This document shows, piece after piece, positions 55,221-64,000 of a stretch of DNA of 64,000 nucleotides; within the stretch, counting starts at the first letter, position 1, and each line of letters starts with the position of its first letter. The translations under genes and the position numbers were made by a program. Below the pieces are notes generated by a model that saw only the letters and a program-made list of their open reading frames with translations, was not told where the DNA came from and did not search any database. The DNA comes from the human T2T-CHM13v2.0 reference genome, Homo sapiens. The DNA is taken from the NCBI RefSeq assembly GCF_009914755.1, contig NC_060929.1. One strand, written 5' to 3'.

Positions 55221-57529
55221 TCCACTCCAGTGCACATCAGAAGTGTCTAACAAACTTTCCCTCACCATTTTCATTTTATGAGGAGTTGTCAAATGTGTTT
55301 TCTTTTGTTTAGCTCTCAGTGAAACCTCTATTTTAGTAGTCTTCCAATTACATTTTTAATATGGTAAAATATGCTTATAGATAAGTAATAAATTCAGCAT
55401 AACACTTCTTTCTCTTAAGAGAATTGTAGTATTTGTAGCAAATGCTAGATGACAGACTGGAACACTTGCTTTCAAATTCCTACCAGAATATTTAAGTTAC
55501 AAAAAAAGTACATGAAATAATTGTATTTATGCTTACCATCCTGCAATAACTTTTTTTAACAAGTTCATGGATTGAAAGTAGCTTCTAAGACAGAGATTAA
55601 AGATAGTTTCAACCCAAGTCTAGATCCAACAGAGATGTTAGAGTAAAACATACACACATAAATGTGATAAAACACACACACACACAATACATACATACAC
55701 AAATACACATGTATATAAATGACAGAGGCAAGACAGGCTTGAAAAACAGAAATGTTCACTTAGAAACCTACCATAAATTTAAAGTTATGATCAGTGGCCA
55801 AGTACTGGGCCAGCTTGATGCCAAGAAGAAAAATAATGGCTAAGTGAATACAATTAATCACTGTATTTACACAACTATCATTTTCCTATGTAAAGAGCTA
55901 CCCTGGTGAGTGTTATAACACTTGTCAATTAGTTCTAATTAGTGTTTCTGTCTCTAAATGCTTGACTCCACTTTCAATTACAGTTGTTTACGTATCTTAA
56001 CAACCACTGTACTAGATATACTGGCATGAGCTCTGATACATTTTTAAGCTTAAACTACTCAATCACAACACCCCTCCTCAGGTAAGTAGAGCCATGCTGT
56101 TCGCTCGGTAGATGTGATAATTTCTTGGACTTGAAGTGGATATCCATGAGTGACCCAGTTATTGGCTGTCCTCATGAAGATAAACTTCTTCCCCAGATAG
56201 CCCCTAAACAACTGAAATCTCCATTGAAATAATTTTGGAACAACTCAAGCTTTGACTTGGTCATTCCTTGGAATATCTACAACAATTAAGAGAACAGAGA
56301 TTTAAAGAGATGACTGAATGAAAATACATAAGAAAGCAATTCCACATGTAATGTGCAATACGCTTTCTCATACATGAGTACATTAGTGGTAAGTGATGAA
56401 TATTTAAAGAGATGAATAATGTACTTTATATGCTTTTCTATATTTTTCTTACCAATAGAATCCTCCTTTTCTTGGAGGTGTCAACAGGCACAAATTTTTA
56501 AAAATTGTTTTGAAAGTGTAAATGTTTACTTTCTTTTACAAGATATATGAAAAAGTCAAATGATTCAGAAAATAAGCTTTGCACCTAATTAAATGGTAAT
56601 TCCCTCTGACTTGCTCTGACCCTACAGAAGTGCACGTATGCCTAAAGACTCTGCTATTTTAGTCCTGTGGAAGCTGAAGGGACAGTGCGGGGAAGAGATG
56701 GAGGTGAACAATATTTCATTCATTCTCTCAAGGGTCTCAGAATGAAAGTTTGTCAGCTGTGTAGCTGGGACTTGGTCTTTTCAATGGTTATGGCCAGTGC
56801 CTGGCCCACAACAAAGCCTGAGCACATGATCCACCAAGAAAGACTGTAAAATTAAACCTTGTAATGATTCCAAGAGTTCAATAAATGTGTCCTCTTATGG
56901 AAAAGGGAAAGAGAAACCCATTAATTTTATGTGGGAACAAAACTAAAATATATTTAGTCGTACATTTTTGCATCAGAAATGCTAGCCATACTTGATAGCA
57001 TATATTAATTATTGGAAACAAAAAGATTTTGTAGAAAGTTGAGAAGATTCAGAATCTTTCTTTCAGCATCTTCTTGTGCCTATAGAACTATTCCTAGGTT
57101 CTAGCATGAAAGTTAGGAAATCAGGAACTCCTGAGGTCTGGTTCTAAAAAAATCCTAAGAAAATGACCTCAAGTAGATGACTCATGAGAATATAACAGGT
57201 GGAAAGTGTTTTGTCATCCCTTTATGGAAACTTTTTTTATTTCTCTAATTCTTGCCTATAGCTGTTTAATACCCCTACATTTGGAGCAAAAACTTAAGTA
57301 GGGAGTAACAATTCCAATATCTTAAAGCCAAAGTGTAATATCGTTTTCATTGATGAGGAAACTGAATCAATAAAGGGCCAAGTCTCAAAAAGAAATTGCA
57401 TGGAAAGCTGACTCACTTCAGATATATCAAAAATACTCCTGAATTTGGTTATATACTATGTTTTCATTACTTTAAAAAATATATGCAGCCAAAAAATTTC
57501 CTTTAACTTTTTCTTAATTTTTTAAAATA

Positions 57530-57871
57530 CAGTCAGTCTTCCATATCTATGGGTTCTATATCCATGAATTCAATCAGCTGCTAATTGAAAACACTCGGAA
57601 AAAAAATAATGGTTGCATCTGTACTGAACATATACAGACTCTTCTTGCTTCTCATTATTTCCTAAACAATACAGTGTAACAGCTGTTTACACAGCATTTA
57701 CATTGTGTTAGGTATTACCAGTAATTTAGTGATTATCTAAAGAATATCAGATGATATACATAAGATATATACAAATACTGCACTATTTTATATAAGGAAT
57801 TTAAGCACTCATGAATTTTGGTATTCGCAGTGGTCCTGGAATGAATCCTCACTGATACTGAAGAAAAACTG
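57530..57871 (-). mobile_element. MER2 (TcMar-Tigger) DNA transposon
   Basis: CAGTC...ACTG termini with TA TSDs; internal GCATTTACATTGTGTTAGGTATTA and TTTTATATAAGGAATTTAAGCA match antisense MER2. Confidence 0.88.
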
Positions 57872-58317
57872 TACAGTTCATCTGTTGAATAATAATTATT
57901 ATTACCTAGAGGTCAAAGGGTCATTGGTAAAAGTACAATCTTCGTTCCTATATGAAACCCAGAAGTTATAAATATCTACTTGAGAAAATAATTGGTAGAA
58001 TTTATTATGGGACTGTGTCAAAGGTTTTTTTTCTTTTAGACTTATCTGTGCAGAAATTATACAGTCACATATGATAGTTTGAGATAATAACTTTGTTTTC
58101 TTTGATGAAGAATTATACCAAATTATGTTTAGGTTATAAATTACTGTAATAAAATTGTTAATTAGTATTGTAAATTGGATCACCCTTTTTGGAAGAAAAT
58201 TTGCAATTTCTATTAAATATTTTTAATAACTAGTATTTATAAAATACTCTTCTCATACTAAGCACTGTTCTAAGCATTTAGTCATTCTTATAACAACTCC
58301 AAAAGATAGGTACTAAT

Positions 58318-59190
<873 letters not shown>

Positions 59191-59589
59191 TGTCTAGTCA
59201 TGGAATCCGTAATAACCACAGAATGTGCATATATGTCAGCAAAGACATCAATGCCATGCTCTTTCCTAGTTGAATATAATTGTAAGATAGCCTCAATGGG
59301 GAGATAGATTCCAATTTCATAAATGTTAAAATATGTAAATAAGTATCATACCAAGAGACAGAAATAATGGAACAGCTTAGTAGAGTGCTCTGCAGTCAGA
59401 TTATGCAGGTACAGTGTGGGGACACAGCCTGGATCTTCTACTGACTAGCTACATGACCTTGTATAGATGATTTAACCCTTTTACTATTTAGTTAGCTCAG
59501 CAATAAAATGGGCATAAAGCCCACTGTGGTATCATTTTGAAAATTTTAAATAGTAAAAAGCTATCTGCTTCTGGGTATTCTTTTTCTAT

Positions 59590-60060
59590 AGAAATATTCA
59601 CAAATATACAACTATGTATAGATATAGAGAAGAGATATACATACAAAAGGCCATTGTTTTTAATGTTGATAACTATAAACTCCTGAATTTCCATCAACAA
59701 ATCAGTTACACAAATTATGGTACCTGAAAGCAGCAAAATTATATATAAAGATTAAAAATAATGAAATAGGTCTACATCTGCTGGCATGGAAAAATATGCT
59801 ATATTAGATAAAAAAGCAAGTTGTCCCCATATTTAAAATAAATACATAAACAAGCAAATGAACAATCATACATATGCATGCTTACATTCAAATGGGTTTA
59901 TATTTATTTGAATTTTTTTTAAAAAGCCTAAAAGATTATTATCCAAATTTTAACAGTAGTTGTATTTGAGTGATAAAATCATCAATGCCTTGCACATTGC
60001 TCTATTTCTTCAATTTTCACATTGATTTATAAAACATTTATAATCAGAAAAAATAGTGTG
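59590..60060 (+). mobile_element. L1ME 3' fragment
   Basis: TCCATCAACA..CAAATTATGGTAC..TTAAAAATAATGAAATAGGTCTACAT..GGCATGGAAAAAT. Confidence 0.6.
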
Positions 60061-60290
60061 AGGATATATATATAATATATATTTATTTAATTTGTACATC
60101 CATTATATTTTGTAAGACAAAACAATATATACCAATAAGATAATAGGAAAATAAAGGAAATATAACTGGATCTGAACAGTAACTTTTCTGAACTTGTTCA
60201 TTAAAAATAAAATTGCCTTGGTCAAAACATATTTTTCTGTTGGTCAATATTGACTCTAAATATGTAAGTGTATTCCTTCAACATATTTTA

Positions 60291-60625
<335 letters not shown>

Positions 60626-61534
60626 CCTTCAACATATTTTAATTCTTGTTCTCTAAATCCTATAAAACATCCCTATTTTATATTTTAATGGAGAGTTTTC
60701 TATCCCTAACATCTGCTATCTAGCTGTAGCAGATTCCCACACCTTTCTAGTGGAAACAATCCTAATGAAAAGTGTGGTCCGTTTCTGAGTTCACAAGATG
60801 AAATGTGAATTCAAACAGCCACTTCTAATCACTTGCACAAGCAAGGTTTGTGAAACCCTTCTGCTCTGCCTGGACTCCTGTTTTTCCAATGTCCAGATCA
60901 AGTAGCATACAAAGCCATAAAAGTATTTGATATATGGATGTTCTCAGAGTCAAGCCATGGGCCCTGTCATTAAAAACACATGTTGTATTTGTATTTAATT
61001 TCCAAACACAGTTTACTTGCAGGTAAGCCAAGTTCATTGCATGGAAAAAACACAAAAAATAGAAGATACAAGATGAAGAGAGATGAGGATGTACATTATG
61101 ATTAGAAAATATTTATTTTTTTATGTTAGTCCAGATTAATTCATGAAATGTTTCCTGTACTAACACTGAAGAGGAAGAACAAAACAAGAAGTTTACAACG
61201 ACCTGCAGGCAGCAGCATTTCTGCATCTCTCTTTTATTAAAGCATCTTAGCTATCAACTAATAAGAAGTGTTCTCCCATGAAACTGCATATTCCTCAAAT
61301 TTACTCTATTGAGCTAGTACTGAAAGGCAGATTTCATAACACAAACATCTTGACATCTATATTGTTAGTTTAAAGATATAAATTGGTACAAGCCTTTGGA
61401 GAGGTAACTACAAGAAAAAAAAACACTCCTATGCAGATTTCTGAATTAACATCATAATCATACTCCTAAGAACTAAGATTTTGAATTCTTAATACAGATC
61501 TGGGACTTGGCTAAATGGTTTACAAGTGTTATTC

Positions 61535-61718
61535 CGTGATGCGCTGCTGGTAAACCCCCTGTCTGGGAAGGAAAATAAAAACTCTACTTTGCAGCATTTG
61601 TCAATTTCCATGGTGTAGATACTATCCCCATGGCCAATTTTAAACTACTAAGGTTTTAACAACTAGCTTGCAATATTCCTGAACCATTAACAATTGGCTA
61701 GCTCCAGAACATCATCAC
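61535..61718. mobile_element. MER63-like hAT-Blackjack element
   Basis: GCTGGTAAA..TTTGCAGCATTTGTCAATTTCCATGGTGTAGATACT..CCATGGCCAATTT..GCTCCAGAACA. Confidence 0.65.
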
Positions 61719-62589
61719 ATTGTTTCTGCAAAACGGAGCTTTACACTAGGAATTATTAATCCCTTTTATAGATGTTTAAACTGAGATAGAAATTGGTGAT
61801 TTGTCCAAGGTCATACTTTTAGTTGGGGGAGGGTATTGTTTTCCTTGCTTTATGCTTTTGCATATGTATTATAATTCTAATCTTCTTCAGAGAAAAATGC
61901 AAATTAGCAACCAAAGAATAAACTAAATCAGAAAGAAGAAAACACAAACCCAAACTTCCCTCTGGTGTGCTATTTGCCTAGAAAAACCTGCCACAGTAAT
62001 GGATTCCAATGGGGTGTATAACACAGTAGTCAAAAAAAATACTGTAGCCTGAAAACAGAACTGACAAAGCTTTAGTGTATGCTTAACATCTTTTTCTTAA
62101 GTGTTTTTTTTTTTCAAGAAACTAAGTTTAATAGCTACAAAGTAAGAGTTAATCAAGGGTCTAAAGTTGATGAGTTCATAATGTGGTGATAATTGGTTGA
62201 GAAAAAGTGAATAATTTATCCTGTAATTATTAATCATCATTTAGTTGCAAGTATCATGCTGCAATATTAGAAATATTTCTGTGAAAGAACAGAATTAGTA
62301 GCTCTCAGAATTAGTAGCCAGAAAAAAAGGAGATTTAGAGAGAACTGCATGAATGCTTTTCCCATATTAATTATAAGCATTATTCTTTCAAGGAATTTAT
62401 GAAAATTAAGCTATTTCAGAAGAGGTCTAATGTAGCAGAAAGAAAAATACTGAGCATATAAATCACTTAGCACCAAAACCTAAGTTTTGGTTCCAGTATT
62501 TCTACCTAGGATCTGTATATCCATAAAAATTGCTTAGCATTTTCCTGGGCAAAAAGAGAAAGGAATTCTTATCCAGATTCAAATGATGT

Positions 62590-62820
62590 AATGATAATAA
62601 AAGCTTAAATTTTTTAAACAATTTGAGTGTGCCAGGAACTGTGCTAAGTGATTCGTTCGCATTAGTTCACATAATTCTCTTAACTCAATTAGTATTAATT
62701 GGGTTACTATCTCATTTTACTGATGGGAATCTGCTTTCCTTAGAGCACAGCTAATAACTGGTAGAAGAAGGACTCAGAGCCAAGGCTTCTATCCTTTATC
62801 ATCTACCACTCTACACTTTG
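62590..62820 (-). mobile_element. MIR SINE
   Basis: TGTGCCAGGAACTGTGCTAAGTG..TACTATCTCATTTTACTGATGGGAA..CACAGCTAATAA. Confidence 0.7.
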
Positions 62821-64000
62821 AATATATATAATGAAAGGGAATGGGCTCCTCGAAAACTGTGGTGTCTTCATCATCTCCGAAAGGTTGTGATTTCTTGAGA
62901 TCTGGAACTGTGCTTTATTCCTGTCTATATCCCTATACTAAATGCATGAAGAATGTAGGAATGAATTAATGTATTACAGATGATGAGTAAGCAGCATCAA
63001 TACCATACTATGAACACTAACATAAACTGCAAATCTTAAATATGTGTGTGCTTTGTTAAATGTTTTGAGAAAATCGTGCAAGTTCCAAAGAATTGGATTT
63101 AGGCAGTGCTTGGTAAGGTAATTAATAACATGTTACCACTTACATTTTATATGCCAATGTATTTGTAAGGGATTAATTTGTAACCATTTTTCTCTGGAAT
63201 TATAATTGAAAAATTCTTGCTTCGACTACATTAGAAAACATTTATTTATAATACCTTCCGTTCTCAAATTTCAAACATGTAAAATTTGACTTATTTCTAT
63301 CTCTGACTATCATAGCCATTTACCATGATAAGGAATCATATCACGATATTTGGTAGAAACAAGATAGTGTTTATTGTAGCTGTCCAAATTAATATTAATT
63401 GTCATAAAGAAACTACCTCAATGGAATTTTGCTTAGCTTCATTTCCTTGTTTGATTTCTTTATTTCTAGAATTGGGATTTATCTTTTTGAGCTAATGAGA
63501 CCAACATTGCTAGGATGATCTCTATTTAGAACAGCTAATATTTCTATTCCACTGTCACATCCCACATATATGAAACCTTATGCTCCAAATCACAAGGGAG
63601 ATGAGTACAATTCATTATCTCATAAAAACAAAAACAAAAGCTAACAAACAACACATGTCCTACCATAATGGATTAAATTGGCATGCTTGTTTTTAGAGAG
63701 CAAAAAAAAAATTCAATTTTATGAATTGTTGTAAGCTTTTAAAAAGTACTAATTTTTTCCTAAATTTGTATAGTCTTCTGTGAAAACTCTTTCCTCCCAC
63801 ATGATTACATTTTCATGATGATTTCCGATTAATCTTTTCTCCACTATTCTTATCATATCCTTTTTCATGGGCATTTTCTTTTCCTTCTACTCATTCCATT
63901 TGACTTGGGGTAGCAACAGTACCTCACTTTTCTTTCTTGCTTTGGCTCCTTACACATTACATGGCATAAAGTAAATATGCTTAATATACATCACTGGAAA

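Overview
This is AT-rich, CpG-poor primate genomic DNA, almost certainly human or great ape given the AluY/AluS, THE1/MST and L1M/L2/MIR content. It looks intergenic or deep-intronic. I found no recognisable cellular protein-coding exon, rRNA, tRNA or CRISPR array. The ORF track is explained by L1 ORF1/ORF2 remnants, Alu read-through, a GAA repeat and chance ORFs. Roughly half the window is decayed transposable elements, several with readable target-site duplications (TSDs) and nesting order. I cannot support a new multi-gene biological system here. The best leads are four. (1) A ~260-nt almost pure polypurine GAA/GAGGAA/GGAGAA array grown from an Alu tail, with FXN/FGF14-like architecture. 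(2) A ~157-bp, ~89%-identical inverted duplication at 23.0-23.6 kb that predates an Alu insertion. (3) Several short fold-back palindromes with template-switch signatures. (4) Candidate non-coding or cryptic exons, one directly behind a (UG)n tract, plus motif-dense repeat-free blocks that may be enhancers. Repeat subfamily names come from recalled consensus sequences, not a database search. Boundaries without TSDs are approximate.
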